A stretch of 64,000 nt of DNA. Source: a bacterium (GTDB taxonomy: Bacteria; SAR324; NAC60-12). Position 1 is the first letter of the stretch, and every line of letters begins with the position of its first letter. A model generated the notes under the pieces. The model did not search any database. It was not told where the DNA came from and saw only the letters and a program-made list of their open reading frames with translations. The position numbers and the translations under genes were made by a program. The stretch covers positions 64,001-128,000 of the forward strand of contig CBDDTI010000729.1 in the NCBI GenBank assembly GCA_965233585.1, read 5' to 3'. This document shows positions 41,382 to 52,085 of the stretch, one piece after another.

Positions 41382-42761
41382 CTACCAAAACTGAACGGCA
41401 TAAAAGCTAATCGTTAAGTAAATAGAAACTCCTATAACATCATTGGCAGTGGTAATGAAAGGACCTGTTGCCACAGCGGGGTCAATATTCATGTGTTTTA
41501 AGACAATGGGAACAGATGCCCCAACCAATGCCGCAAATGCGACAACAATGAGCAAAGACAACGATGCAGCTAAGGCAATTTGAATGTTTTGGATTAACAT
41601 CCATGCCACAATCAAAAGCAAGACACCGCAAATGATTCCATTGACCACACCGACCCGCAATTCTTTCCATAAACGTAAATAGGTATCAGACAAACGAATT
41701 TCACCAGTCGCCAGTCCCCTGACAACAATAGATGATGATTGAATGGCAATGTTCCCACCCAATGCAGCGACAAGGGGAATAAATAGCGTGACTTGCGGAA
41801 GTTGGATGAGCTTGGTTTTGTAGTGACTCATCACGACTGCTGTCAGCACCCCTCCGAATAGACCTAGCAAGAGCCATGGAATCCTGTCTTTGATTGTTTT
41901 CACAAGCGAATGTTCCAAGACTTCTTCACTGCCCGTTCCAGCGAAACGACCTAAATCTTCTTCATGTTCTTCTTGCATGATGTCAAAAATATCGCTCACT
42001 GTAATTCTGCCAACTAACCTTAAATGTTTATCAATAACAGGAATGACAACGAGGTTGTATTCTCTGGCAAGCACAGCCACTTCTTCTTGGTCTGCAGACA
42101 CATCAACAGAAATGACATGAGGGTCTGTGAGGCTGGCAATTTGCAAATTTCTTGGGGCAAGCAGTAATTGGGTCACGCTGATTGAGCCAATGAGATGAAA
42201 ACTTGGGTCAACTACGTAGACTGTATAAAATTTTGTGATGTCTTCTTTTTGTGAGAATTTGCGAATTTTGTAAATGGCTTGTTCTACGGTCTGGTCTTGC
42301 TCAATGCAGACAAATTGAGCGTCCATAATGCCCCCTGCTGTGTCTTCTTGGTATTTGACTAGCCCGCTAATCAGTTCTTGGTCTTTTTCAGGGAGGCAGT
42401 TGATGATTTTTGTTGCCTTGTCTGGGGCTAAGTCCATCAGCACCAGCATAATATCAGCCGCATCATTACTGTCTAATTCTTGCAACCACTCTATCAACTG
42501 ATCATCTTCAATGGAGGGAAGAAAACTTTGCATGGCAGGAGACCTGTCTTGCAGGTGTGCAAGAATTTCTGCCGCATCTTTTCTTCTCTGAATGATGAGA
42601 TATTGCTTTTGAGGTTCAAAAGCAAGAATGGCATTGATGAGTTCAACAGCAGAGATTTCTGAAATTAAGGCTTCTATTTCAGAAAGGTTGTCGGATTCAA
42701 GGGCGGAGTCTAAAACTTTGGGAAGAGCCTCGTGAGTTTCATACAGATTCAGAGCCATCAC
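41382..42761 (-). CDS. mgtE: Magnesium transporter MgtE
   Basis: EDTAGGIM, CBS pair, RIPWL, GGNIAIQ, DPAVATGPFITTANDV. Confidence 0.95.
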   Translation of the reverse strand: MMALNLYETHEALPKVLDSALESDNLSEIEALISEISAVELINAILAFEPQKQYLIIQRRKDAAEILAHLQDRSPAMQSFLPSIEDDQLIEWLQELDSNDAADIMLVLMDLAPDKATKIINCLPEKDQELISGLVKYQEDTAGGIMDAQFVCIEQDQTVEQAIYKIRKFSQKEDITKFYTVYVVDPSFHLIGSISVTQLLLAPRNLQIASLTDPHVISVDVSADQEEVAVLAREYNLVVIPVIDKHLRLVGRITVSDIFDIMQEEHEEDLGRFAGTGSEEVLEHSLVKTIKDRIPWLLLGLFGGVLTAVVMSHYKTKLIQLPQVTLFIPLVAALGGNIAIQSSSIVVRGLATGEIRLSDTYLRLWKELRVGVVNGIICGVLLLIVAWMLIQNIQIALAASLSLLIVVAFAALVGASVPIVLKHMNIDPAVATGPFITTANDVIGVSIYLTISFYAVQFW

Positions 42762-42786
42762 TATCTCTTAAACCAAGAGGCTGAAC

Positions 42787-43704
42787 TTAGCTTTGATTGG
42801 CATCTAACAAGTCTTTTTGTAAAATTTGGAGTTCTTGTAAGGTGCTGATGAGTGATTGTGCACGTTGTTGGAGTTGAGAGACAGTGTTTTCTGAAAATCC
42901 AAAAGATGCTGTTAAATCTTGAATCAAAGCGATTTCTTTTTCAGACAAACTGCCATCAACAAGAGAGATGAGAAAACAATACGAGATAAATCGCTCTTGT
43001 CCTTCTGTGTCAGTAATGACTGATGAAATTTCATCTACAATCAGCTTGTGATTCAAGTCTTTTTGGTAGTCAATTTTTGTAGAAATATCTTGAATGTCCA
43101 CATCAGAAAGACGAGGGTCAAAACTAAAAATGGCACGCATCAGGTCAATTTTATTGGGAACATCTGATGGATTGTCAGAATAGATTACCGTCAACAACGC
43201 CTTGGTAATTACTTCAGGGAACTCTACATCTTGGTCTGAAAGACTCGTAAAAGGGTCAAGAAAAAACCATTCATTGAAGCATTTGACTGCATAAGCAGTG
43301 TGTTGCAAAACTGTGTTGATTTCCTCTAATGTCAACTGAATCACCTGACCAATTCTAACTAATAATTGCTGTTCATTGTTAGAAACGTACTCATCAATAG
43401 AGGCAATCAGATAGGCAGAGGCAAGTAAATTGATTTTGTCATTGCGATCGTTGACATATTCTGCAATGTAAGAAAAGAGATCTTCTTGCTCCAAACTTTT
43501 AAAGGTGGAGATAGAAGGCTTGATATTTGATGGGTTGACATTGTCATCTAGGGTACAAAGCGCCTCTAACAGTTTCATCTCACGGTCTACATTTGGCTTC
43601 TCATCACAATAAATGATCGTCAGCATTGTAAGGATTTTGGCATTTCCAAGAGTCATGGCAGTTTCTTGGAAAATTTGTTTCAGTTGTCTCAACCAGTTGA
43701 ACAT
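42787..43704 (-). CDS. Tandem TerB-like domain protein
   Basis: Two LIA.ID..S..E helical units. Confidence 0.65.
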   Translation of the reverse strand: MFNWLRQLKQIFQETAMTLGNAKILTMLTIIYCDEKPNVDREMKLLEALCTLDDNVNPSNIKPSISTFKSLEQEDLFSYIAEYVNDRNDKINLLASAYLIASIDEYVSNNEQQLLVRIGQVIQLTLEEINTVLQHTAYAVKCFNEWFFLDPFTSLSDQDVEFPEVITKALLTVIYSDNPSDVPNKIDLMRAIFSFDPRLSDVDIQDISTKIDYQKDLNHKLIVDEISSVITDTEGQERFISYCFLISLVDGSLSEKEIALIQDLTASFGFSENTVSQLQQRAQSLISTLQELQILQKDLLDANQS

Positions 43705-43722
43705 AGCTTTTATTTAATCAAT

Positions 43723-44658
43723 TTAATCAATGTAGAGTTCAGCCCCTTGTGGAGGGCGTAAAAAGGACAAAATCTGCATCTCTTCCAAGAAACAGATGAA
43801 GCGATGCGATTTTTCTCTCAGGTCTTCAATATAGGAAATAGGAAGATTCAACAGCTCTGCAAATTCTCGGAAAAACACCAATTCCTCCTGTGAGATCTTT
43901 CCGTCAATGTCAGCAATGAGTAAACAAATGGAAAGCAGCGTTTTCCGTTGAGAACTATTTGGAATATGTTGAGGAATGGTAGCAAGCAATGCTGAGGAGT
44001 CATGCCGAAGGGTCTCAAACTTTTCAAACACTTCTTCTATATCTTGTTGGGCAAGGTAGGGGTCAAAGACACAAAGTGCTTCCATTAAACGCATCTTATC
44101 TGGAATCACATCCTCATCGTCTGAATGGATCACCAGTAGCAAAGTTAAAATCGTGGTCTGTGCGGCAAGATTTTGTTCATCTTCTGTCGCCTCTTCTTTC
44201 TGCTCAAAAAAGAACCATTCATTCAACATAGAAATAATATACTGTGCATTTGAGGTAATGAGTTCTGTCTCTTTCTGGCTCACACCGATTGCATCAGCAA
44301 TCTTTAAGATGAACTGTTTTTCACCATCAGAAACATAGTTGTCAATGCCTGCAATCAAATAAGCTGATGCAATCAAATTCAACTGTTCCCCATTGTCCAT
44401 CTCTGATTCTCTTAAAAATTGCAAAACATCGTCCCTTTGTAGTTTGGAAAAACGTTCTTTCTGTTCTGCAATACTGATAGAGTTGAGCCTCATGTCTAGT
44501 TTGGTCAATGCCTCCAAAAGTCTCATTTCCCTCACCGTCTCTGCTTTTTCATCTGAATAGATCATATACAGAAGAGTCAAGACTTTCGCCTCACTGAACG
44601 TCAAATCTGCAAATTTAAAAAAATCTTTAACTTGCTTCCATGTGTCTAGTATTCCCAT
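43723..44658 (-). CDS. Tandem TerB-like domain protein, paralog
   Basis: LIAGIDNYVSDGE and LIADIDGKISQEE; colinear with 42787..43704. Confidence 0.65.
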   Translation of the reverse strand: MGILDTWKQVKDFFKFADLTFSEAKVLTLLYMIYSDEKAETVREMRLLEALTKLDMRLNSISIAEQKERFSKLQRDDVLQFLRESEMDNGEQLNLIASAYLIAGIDNYVSDGEKQFILKIADAIGVSQKETELITSNAQYIISMLNEWFFFEQKEEATEDEQNLAAQTTILTLLLVIHSDDEDVIPDKMRLMEALCVFDPYLAQQDIEEVFEKFETLRHDSSALLATIPQHIPNSSQRKTLLSICLLIADIDGKISQEELVFFREFAELLNLPISYIEDLREKSHRFICFLEEMQILSFLRPPQGAELYID

Positions 44659-44958
44659 GTGAATCCCCTTTGGTCAAATAGTTTAATCTAGTTATATACA
44701 TGACAAAAAGGTAAAGATTACCTTTCATATTCATTAAATGCAAGAGTCTTAGAAAAATTATTTGATGATTCTTGAATCATCAGAGTTTTGAAGCACTCTT
44801 TTTTAAAATTCTTTTTCAAAGTTTTCAATCAAAATTGCTTAAAAGGTCTCATTCATCTGAGACAATTTAGACAATCAAGAACATCTAGTTTGATTTTTTA
44901 GATCGGTCAGTTAAAATGGTTTTATGACATTTTTGAGATTTTTTAAATTTTGTTGATT

Positions 44959-46119
44959 ATGAAAGCGATTTGGAATTTGGGCTTTCGTCCTTTCTTTTTG
45001 GGCGGCTTGATTTATGGAGTGATTGCGACTTGGGTCTGGACGTTGTTTTATACACAAGGTTGGCATTTGTTTGAGGTTGGAATCTTTACGCCTGCACAGC
45101 ATGGGCATGAGATGGTGTACGGATACGGGCTTGCAATCGTTGCAGGCTTTCTGATGACAGCAGTGCAGAACTGGACAGGAGTGCCAACTGTCAACGGAGG
45201 CAGACTTGCTTTGATTTTTATGACTTGGGTTTTAGCTAGGCTGACCTTTTTGTTTCAAAAATTCGTGCCTCTTGAACTTGTTGCTTTCTTTGACCTTTTA
45301 TTTAATTTACTTGTCATTGTGGCGGTCATCTACCCTGTTTTAAAAGTCAAGCAATGGAAACAGATGGGAATTTCTGTGAAGCTGGTTTCTTTTTTTGTGC
45401 TGAATCTGTTCTATTATTTAGAAGAATTTCAAGTCATATCTTGGGGGACTTATTGGAGTAATTATTTTGGGGTGTACATCTTAATTGGTTTGTTTTTGAC
45501 CATTGGCAGACGTGTCATTCCATTTTTCATTTCCAAAGGTGTTGGATATTCTGTGGAATTAAAAAATTCTGTATGGGTTGACAGAGTCTGTTTGGTTGGC
45601 TTTGTTCTCTTTGCAGTTTCAGATTTGGTGAGTCCTAACGGAGCATTGGCAATCGGTTCTGCATTGCTTTTGTTTGTTGTACACACATGGCGTGCTGTGG
45701 GTTGGCACACTGTGGGGATTTGGCAGAAGCCTTTGCTTTGGTCGCTATACCTTGCCTATCTTTTTGTTGTGTTTGGGTTCTTGCTTAAATTCCTTGTCTT
45801 ATTCGGCTTGGCGCCTCAATTAGCATTGCACATGTTCACAGTGGGGGGCATTGCTGTTGGCACATTAAGCATGATTGCAAGGGTTTCCTTAGGACACACA
45901 GGCAGAGACATTCGGCAACCTCCAAAAATTTTAGTATTGGCTTTTGTGGCAATCATTGGTAGTGTATTGACTCGTGTTTTGCTCCCAGCTTTCCAACCTG
46001 AACATTATGTCTGGTGGATAGGGCTGACACAGATACTTTGGAGCATTTCTTTTCTTTCGTTGATTTTTGTTTACTTTCCTATTCTTTCCCAACCTCGTGT
46101 TGATGGCATTCCCGGTTAG
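44959..46119 (+). CDS. nnrS: NnrS family membrane protein
   Basis: GFRPFF, HGHEMVYGY, GFLMTAVQNWT, RVSLGHTGR. Confidence 0.92.
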   Translation: MKAIWNLGFRPFFLGGLIYGVIATWVWTLFYTQGWHLFEVGIFTPAQHGHEMVYGYGLAIVAGFLMTAVQNWTGVPTVNGGRLALIFMTWVLARLTFLFQKFVPLELVAFFDLLFNLLVIVAVIYPVLKVKQWKQMGISVKLVSFFVLNLFYYLEEFQVISWGTYWSNYFGVYILIGLFLTIGRRVIPFFISKGVGYSVELKNSVWVDRVCLVGFVLFAVSDLVSPNGALAIGSALLLFVVHTWRAVGWHTVGIWQKPLLWSLYLAYLFVVFGFLLKFLVLFGLAPQLALHMFTVGGIAVGTLSMIARVSLGHTGRDIRQPPKILVLAFVAIIGSVLTRVLLPAFQPEHYVWWIGLTQILWSISFLSLIFVYFPILSQPRVDGIPG

Positions 46120-47202
46120 ATGGTAGATTCACGCATTGAAGATTTGCATATTCTCAAAGAGGAAAGGCTTCCTTCACCTGATTTAATCAAACAAGAGCTT
46201 CCTCTTACTGAGGAATCTGTTCAAACCACACAAAGAGGGCAACAGACAATCAGAGCCATTTTAGATGGCAAAGACCCAAGACTTTTTCTTGTTGTTGGAC
46301 CTTGCTCAATCCATGACCCCCAGTCTGCATTGGAGTATGCAAAGCACTTGAAAGTGTTGGCAGATGAAGTACAAGACACCTTGTTCTTGGTCATGCGGAC
46401 GTATTTTGAAAAACCACGTACAAGCGTCGGCTGGCAAGGCTTAATCCATGACCCCGATTTGGATCAATCGTTTCACATTGAAAAAGGATTGCGGGTTGCA
46501 AGGAAACTCTTGCTTGACATCACTACAATGGGCTTACCCACTGCGGGAGAAGCATTAAATCTAATCATTCCACAATACCACCAAGACTTGTATTCATGGA
46601 CTGCCATTGGTGCAAGAACAACAGAGGCACAGACTCATCGTAAATTAGCAGGCGGGCTTTCTAACCCAGTAGGGTTTAAAAACAACACGCACGGAGACAT
46701 TGATGTTGCAGTCAATGCTATCTTGTCTGCACAAACTCCAGATAATTTTTTAAGTGTTGACAGAAAAGGCGTTGTTGCAGTGATTCGTACCAAAGGCAAT
46801 GCCTATACTCATGTCGTTTTGCGTGGTGGGCAGACCCCAAATTATGATGCTGAATCTATTCAACACACCGAATCCCTACTGCAGCAAGCCAACTTAGCTC
46901 AAAACATTATGGTAGATTGTAGTCATGCCAATTCAGGCAAAGAGCATCTTCGGCAGCTGGAAGTTATAGATAACCTGACCTACCAAATTCAACAAGGCAA
47001 CTCATCAATCATTGGTTTGATGATAGAAAGTCATTTACACGCTGGTTCGCAAAGCATGTCTGGGGACTTGTCTAATCTCAAGTATGGGGTGTCCATCACT
47101 GATAAGTGTTTAGATTGGGAGTCCACCCGTCAAGCGATTCTGGAATTTGCCAGACAACTCAAACCTCTTTTGTTTAAACGTCAACGTTTTTCTCAATGTT
47201 AG
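46120..47202 (+). CDS. DAHP synthase, class I alpha (AroF/G/H type)
   Basis: GPCSIHD, YFEKPRT, IGARTTE, DCSHANS, SITDKCL. Confidence 0.93.
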   Translation: MVDSRIEDLHILKEERLPSPDLIKQELPLTEESVQTTQRGQQTIRAILDGKDPRLFLVVGPCSIHDPQSALEYAKHLKVLADEVQDTLFLVMRTYFEKPRTSVGWQGLIHDPDLDQSFHIEKGLRVARKLLLDITTMGLPTAGEALNLIIPQYHQDLYSWTAIGARTTEAQTHRKLAGGLSNPVGFKNNTHGDIDVAVNAILSAQTPDNFLSVDRKGVVAVIRTKGNAYTHVVLRGGQTPNYDAESIQHTESLLQQANLAQNIMVDCSHANSGKEHLRQLEVIDNLTYQIQQGNSSIIGLMIESHLHAGSQSMSGDLSNLKYGVSITDKCLDWESTRQAILEFARQLKPLLFKRQRFSQC

Positions 47203-48704
47203 ATAACGTTCGTGAAGAATGCGGAATCGTTGCTGTCTATCAGCTTCATTCTGCAGAACGTCCAGTCAATGTCTCTTCATACATTCCTAACCTTTTACTA
47301 GACCTCCAGCATCGCGGACAGCTGAGCGCAGGTGTAAGTAGTTACCATGCCCAACGTGGAAGTTTGATTAAGACTCACCGTGATTTGGGGCTAGTGGAAC
47401 GTGTCTTTGCTATGCACAGTCCCAAAAAATCTCGCGCACTTTTAGAGGAATTTTCAGGCACCGCTGCGATTGGTCATATTCGTTACGCAACATGTGGAAA
47501 AGAAGAAGATGTCAATTTTGCACAACCTTTTGAGCGGATTCATGGCAACAAATGGAAGTGGTTTAGCATCGCATTCAACGGGAATCTTGCAAACTTTGAG
47601 GTGTTGAAACAAGGGCTGATAGAAAACGGCTACCATATCACCTATGACACCGATACAGAAATCATCATGCACTACATCAATCGTGAGTTACGAGGAGACC
47701 AGCAAATTGGCTTTGCTCAACTTTGTGCTTCTCTTGCCAAGAATTTTGATGGTGCATACTGCATCTTGTTTCTCAATGCAAAGGGTGAATTTTTTGCGAT
47801 GCGTGACCCTTTGGGAATCAAACCCTTGTGTTATGGGGTTAAAGACCACTTGCTTTTTGTTTCTTCTGAAAGTGTTGCTCTGACGAGGCTTGGCATTGTA
47901 CATTATCAAGATTTGGATCCCGGCTCCGTGCTGATTGCCAAACCGAATCAAAACTACTCTGTTGAACGTTACACAACAGCCAAGAAAAAGGCATTTTGTC
48001 ATTTTGAGTGGGTGTATTTTTCTAATGTCGCTTCGGTCTTAAATAATCGTTCAGTTTTTAAGACACGGCGCTTGATTGGAAGGTTACTTGCTGAAAATGA
48101 AGATTTAGAGACGACCCCTGAAGACCGCGTTGTGCCTGTTCCTGAGACAGCAAACATCATAGGCTCTGCTTACGGATTTAAAAGACAAGTGCCTGTCATT
48201 GAAGGGGTGATTCGCAATCGTTACGTGGGCAGAACCTTTATTGAAGGTGCAACACGTCAAGAAGTGATGATGCGGAAGTTTTTACCAATTCCTCAATTAC
48301 TGGCAGGAAAACGTATTTTTCTGGTTGATGATTCGCTAGTGCGTTCTACGACTTTGGTGAATTTAGTGCAGATTTTAAAAACTTACGCCCGTGTCAAAGA
48401 AATTCATATCAGAATTGCTTGTCCTCCCATTGTTGCTCCTTGCTTTTACGGCATCAACTTCCCAACCTCTCAGGAGCTATTTGCTACCAAGTTTCCGCTG
48501 ACCGAGCAAGGCGATTTTTCCAAAGAAACCTTAGCAAAGATGGCTCATGTACTTGGGGCTGATAGCCTGCGTTTTCTGAGTATTGATTCACTCACCAAAG
48601 CCATTGGGCATCGCAAGCACAATGTCTGCTTAGCTTGCCTCAATGCTGAATATCCCACGCCTTTTGGCTTGAAAAACTATCAACAACAGCTTAAACCGCT
48701 ATGA
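47196..48704 (+). CDS. purF: Amidophosphoribosyltransferase
   Basis: EECG, LQHRGQ, GHIRYAT, NGN, RTFI, VDDSLVR, PCFYGI. Confidence 0.93.
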   Translation: MLDNVREECGIVAVYQLHSAERPVNVSSYIPNLLLDLQHRGQLSAGVSSYHAQRGSLIKTHRDLGLVERVFAMHSPKKSRALLEEFSGTAAIGHIRYATCGKEEDVNFAQPFERIHGNKWKWFSIAFNGNLANFEVLKQGLIENGYHITYDTDTEIIMHYINRELRGDQQIGFAQLCASLAKNFDGAYCILFLNAKGEFFAMRDPLGIKPLCYGVKDHLLFVSSESVALTRLGIVHYQDLDPGSVLIAKPNQNYSVERYTTAKKKAFCHFEWVYFSNVASVLNNRSVFKTRRLIGRLLAENEDLETTPEDRVVPVPETANIIGSAYGFKRQVPVIEGVIRNRYVGRTFIEGATRQEVMMRKFLPIPQLLAGKRIFLVDDSLVRSTTLVNLVQILKTYARVKEIHIRIACPPIVAPCFYGINFPTSQELFATKFPLTEQGDFSKETLAKMAHVLGADSLRFLSIDSLTKAIGHRKHNVCLACLNAEYPTPFGLKNYQQQLKPL

Positions 48705-48967
48705 TTGACGAAGATGTCATCGCTCTCTTAGTCTGTCCCCAGACCAAGCAAAGTTTGCAGTTTGCAGACAAGGCAATCCTTCAAAAAATTAATGATTTGA
48801 TTCAACAAAACAAACTTCACAATGTTGGGGGGAATCTTGTCAAAGACAGCATTGACGGGGGATTGTTGCGAGAAGACCAAGGAGTCCTTTACCCTATCCG
48901 CAACAATATTCCAGTTCTTTTAGCTGATGAGGGAATCTGTTTGGAAAAAGTAGGGTCTAGCGATTGA
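48701..48967 (+). CDS. Trm112-like protein
   Basis: LVCP..K..L, YPIRNNIPVLL. Confidence 0.85.
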   Translation: MIDEDVIALLVCPQTKQSLQFADKAILQKINDLIQQNKLHNVGGNLVKDSIDGGLLREDQGVLYPIRNNIPVLLADEGICLEKVGSSD

Positions 48968-49727
48968 TGTTTTGTTGTCTGTTGACAAGACGTTGCAAGG
49001 CATCTTGTGCTTCAAGATTTCCCCGCTGAGAGGCGTTTTGATACCACTTGACCGCTCTGTCCAGATTAGATGACAGACGTTCTCCGCCAGTTTCATAAAG
49101 TCTTCCAAGAGCAAACATGGCTTGGGTATGCCCCCGTTCTGCGGCAAGTTCATACCAATATCTAGCACGTGGTAAATTCTGAGATTGAGGATTGTTTGCA
49201 TAAAAATCTCCAAGCAAAAACTGTGCTTCAGGAAATCCCTTTTGAACGGCTTTTAATGCCCATTCAATGCTTGCTTGGGTGTCTTGTGAGACACCTGCAC
49301 CTTTCAACAATCGTCTAGCAATCTCTGTTTGTGATGCAGGATTGCCTGCTTGAGCCGACTTTAAATACCACTGAAAAGCAAGGGAGACATTGGCTTTGAC
49401 TCCTTGACCGGTGTCAAACATCTGTGCAATTTGAACGTAAGCAGGTTCATAGTTTTGCAAAGCAGACATTCTAAACCATTTCATCGCTTCGTTGTAATCT
49501 CGCACGACAATGACACCCTGACGAAAGAAAGTGCCAAGCCTATATTGGGCAATAGCGTCTCCTTCTTGGGCAGTTTTTCTGGTCTCATAAAAACTTTGCC
49601 CAAAAGCAAGCCAAGTGACACAAGCTATGACAGCGGTGAACAAGCATTTTTTAACCACTTTTGATCTTCTGGATTGAGTTCGTGCAAAAGAGCCTTTTGG
49701 ACTCTCTGATGATAATCGTTCAGCCAT
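48957..49727 (-). CDS. Sel1-repeat exported protein
   Basis: Five SLR units (AQ..LG..Y..G..A..W...A..G); real start probably later, near VVKKCLF. Confidence 0.88.
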   Translation of the reverse strand: MAERLSSESPKGSFARTQSRRSKVVKKCLFTAVIACVTWLAFGQSFYETRKTAQEGDAIAQYRLGTFFRQGVIVVRDYNEAMKWFRMSALQNYEPAYVQIAQMFDTGQGVKANVSLAFQWYLKSAQAGNPASQTEIARRLLKGAGVSQDTQASIEWALKAVQKGFPEAQFLLGDFYANNPQSQNLPRARYWYELAAERGHTQAMFALGRLYETGGERLSSNLDRAVKWYQNASQRGNLEAQDALQRLVNRQQNINR

Positions 49728-51406
49728 TGAATTTCATCACTGGTCAGCATCTCTTTGAGAATCAAATCTTTGTTGATAGGGACAAGTGTCAAGTCTTCAA
49801 ACTGCAAAAAATTGTTCTCTGATTCTACCACTAAAACAGTGTTTTCAATCCTGATTCCAAACTCCCGTTCACGATAATATCCGGGTTCATTGGTCACAAA
49901 CATGCCTGCTTGAAATCCAGTTGCGTTATAAGCAGGGGAAATGCGATGAGGTCCCTCATGCACGGAAAGAAAGCTACCCACTCCGTGTCCTGTACCATGG
50001 TCAAAGTCAAGTCCTGCCTTCCAAAGAGGCAATCGTGTTATGGCATCAAGACAGTCGCCTCTTGTACCTTTGGGAAACTTTGCAGAACCCAAAGTGATGT
50101 GACTTTTGAGAACCAACGTGTAGCAATGTTTTTGTTCGTCAGTTGGAGTTCCAACAGGAAAGACTCGGGTGGTGTCTGTTGTTCCTCCTAGATATTGCCC
50201 TCCTGAATCAATCAAATACAAGCCATCACGGGTCAGCTTTGCCGCAGTTTTGGGATTCACACGGTAATGACACAATGCACCATTTCCCCCATAAGCAGAA
50301 ATGGTGTCAAAACTGGGTTCAATAAAATCCTTTGACATTGCACGGAAGTCTTTGATTTGCCTTACGCATTCATCTTCTGTGATAGGATTCCCCGTTTCTT
50401 CTCTCTTCAAAACATGTCTTTCAAGCCATGCCAAAAACCGAACCCATGCAACGGAGTCAATCCGATGAACCTCTCTGGCATTGTCTTGTTCAGTCTGGTT
50501 TTTAACTGCTTTGGGCAGAGCAATCGGGTCAGGGGCGTATTGAATCACTGCTTTTGACTTTTCAAGAAGGTGTGTTAACTGGTAAGGACTCCAATGCTCG
50601 TCTAGCTGAATGACTCCCTTTTCTCCTGCTTTGACAATTTGTTCAGCAAACTGCTTTTGACAAAATGGGAGGCATTCCACCTGACTTTTCTGTAAAAGGT
50701 CATCAGGTAGTTTTTGAGAATCCACAAACCATTGCACTTTTTGGTCGGCATAAATCAGTAAGAATGATAGAGGAATTGGATTATAAGGAACGTCAGAGCC
50801 ACGCACATTTAAAAACCATGCAATGGAGTCAGGCGTCGTAATTGCAGTGGCATAGACTTCATTTTGTTGAAGTTGCTGACAAATCCGAGAACGTTTACTT
50901 TCAAAAGACTCTCCTGCGTATTGCATAGGGTGGTCTTGTATCTTGCCAAGCGGAGGGTCAGGCTGGTCGTGCCAAATGTGGTCAATCAAGTTTTCACAAG
51001 GAACAAAGTCAATCTGTTTGGTTGAAAGGGATTTTTGAAAACGTCTGACTTGGCTTGCAGTCATCAGCCAAGCATCAAATCCAATCCTTTGATTTTCAAG
51101 GCATTTAGATTGAATCCAATGTTCTGGTCTGTTGTAAATCAAATGTTGATGCTCATACAAATTGGGGTCAACTTCCTGCTTAATCTGTGCTGTGTATCTA
51201 CCATCAACGAAGACTGCCGCATCTTTCTCCAGCACGACCGTCGCACCTGCTGACCCGCTGAACCCTGTTAAAAACTCAAGACGACTGTCACGTTCAGGAA
51301 CATATTCGCCTTGATGCACGTCCCCGCGGAATTGCACAAATCCATCAAGTTTCAATTCTTTAAGTAACGCACGAAGTTGTTGCAGTTTGTTTGTGTGAGT
51401 TGTCAT
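49625..51406 (-). CDS. Xaa-Pro aminopeptidase (M24B)
   Basis: DGRY, DSGGQY..GTTDTTR, HGTGHGVG, VHEGP, NEPGYY, GIRIEN. Confidence 0.93.
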   Translation of the reverse strand: MTTHTNKLQQLRALLKELKLDGFVQFRGDVHQGEYVPERDSRLEFLTGFSGSAGATVVLEKDAAVFVDGRYTAQIKQEVDPNLYEHQHLIYNRPEHWIQSKCLENQRIGFDAWLMTASQVRRFQKSLSTKQIDFVPCENLIDHIWHDQPDPPLGKIQDHPMQYAGESFESKRSRICQQLQQNEVYATAITTPDSIAWFLNVRGSDVPYNPIPLSFLLIYADQKVQWFVDSQKLPDDLLQKSQVECLPFCQKQFAEQIVKAGEKGVIQLDEHWSPYQLTHLLEKSKAVIQYAPDPIALPKAVKNQTEQDNAREVHRIDSVAWVRFLAWLERHVLKREETGNPITEDECVRQIKDFRAMSKDFIEPSFDTISAYGGNGALCHYRVNPKTAAKLTRDGLYLIDSGGQYLGGTTDTTRVFPVGTPTDEQKHCYTLVLKSHITLGSAKFPKGTRGDCLDAITRLPLWKAGLDFDHGTGHGVGSFLSVHEGPHRISPAYNATGFQAGMFVTNEPGYYREREFGIRIENTVLVVESENNFLQFEDLTLVPINKDLILKEMLTSDEIQWLNDYHQRVQKALLHELNPEDQKWLKNACSPLS

Positions 51407-51524
51407 AGTTTTAATATTTTTAAATTGATTGTCAAAAGGTTTGGCATATTGGACTAAGCTGATTCAATGCAGCTATTCAAAAAAAAATTTGAGTCTTGGT
51501 CATTAAGGGGTCTCTCTGTTTGTT

Positions 51525-51914
51525 TTACTTGGCAGGAGGAAGAAAAGAAAACAAAAAAGCTAGCATGACACCAAGTGTAATCAGATTTAAAGAAATGCCA
51601 AAACTTGCCATCCATGACAACAACTTAAATCTGCTATCAATTTTCTCATTAAGGTTCATTTCTAAATGAGACATTTTCTCATTAAGGTTCGCCTCTAAAC
51701 TAGCAACCTGCTCCTTAGTCGCTTTTTGATCCAGTTGTTCATTGAGATTTGTCTCTAAAGCAGAAACTTGGTCTTTGGTAGAAAGTTTTGCAAAATTGCT
51801 TTCCACAACAGATTTAAATTCTTCTGTCAGCGCCTCTGCTTGTTCTTGTTCAAAGCCTGCAGCCTGCAAGTGTTTGGAGGTCTTGAGTGTGTCAAAAAGT
51901 AAAGTGGTTTCCAT
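51525..51914 (-). CDS. DUF1640/CCDC90-like protein, paralog of 12632..13105
   Basis: First ~60 aa almost identical to the 12632 gene. Confidence 0.8.
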   Translation of the reverse strand: METTLLFDTLKTSKHLQAAGFEQEQAEALTEEFKSVVESNFAKLSTKDQVSALETNLNEQLDQKATKEQVASLEANLNEKMSHLEMNLNEKIDSRFKLLSWMASFGISLNLITLGVMLAFLFSFLPPAK

Positions 51915-52085
51915 CAGTTTATGCGTGAGAAGCTAAACCCAGAATCATAACAAATTTTAAGACAAAATGGAAAGAGGCAGGTTGTCAAGAGGTTAGTCCA
52001 AAATTTCTCCTTAATTGAATTAATTTTTCTGGATCAGATCTAAAAAGCGATTTTTCTGTTACTTCCAACAGCCTTTCACTTTCTT

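Noticed and set aside
46120..47202. DAHP synthase substitutions (WQG, KNNT, HRKLAG)
   Set aside because: Metal and PEP motifs (C, KPRT, R, H, E, D) are retained; looks like ordinary divergence
49625..49727. 103-nt overlap between aminopeptidase P and Sel1 gene
   Set aside because: Probably an over-extended start call; the signal peptide begins further downstream
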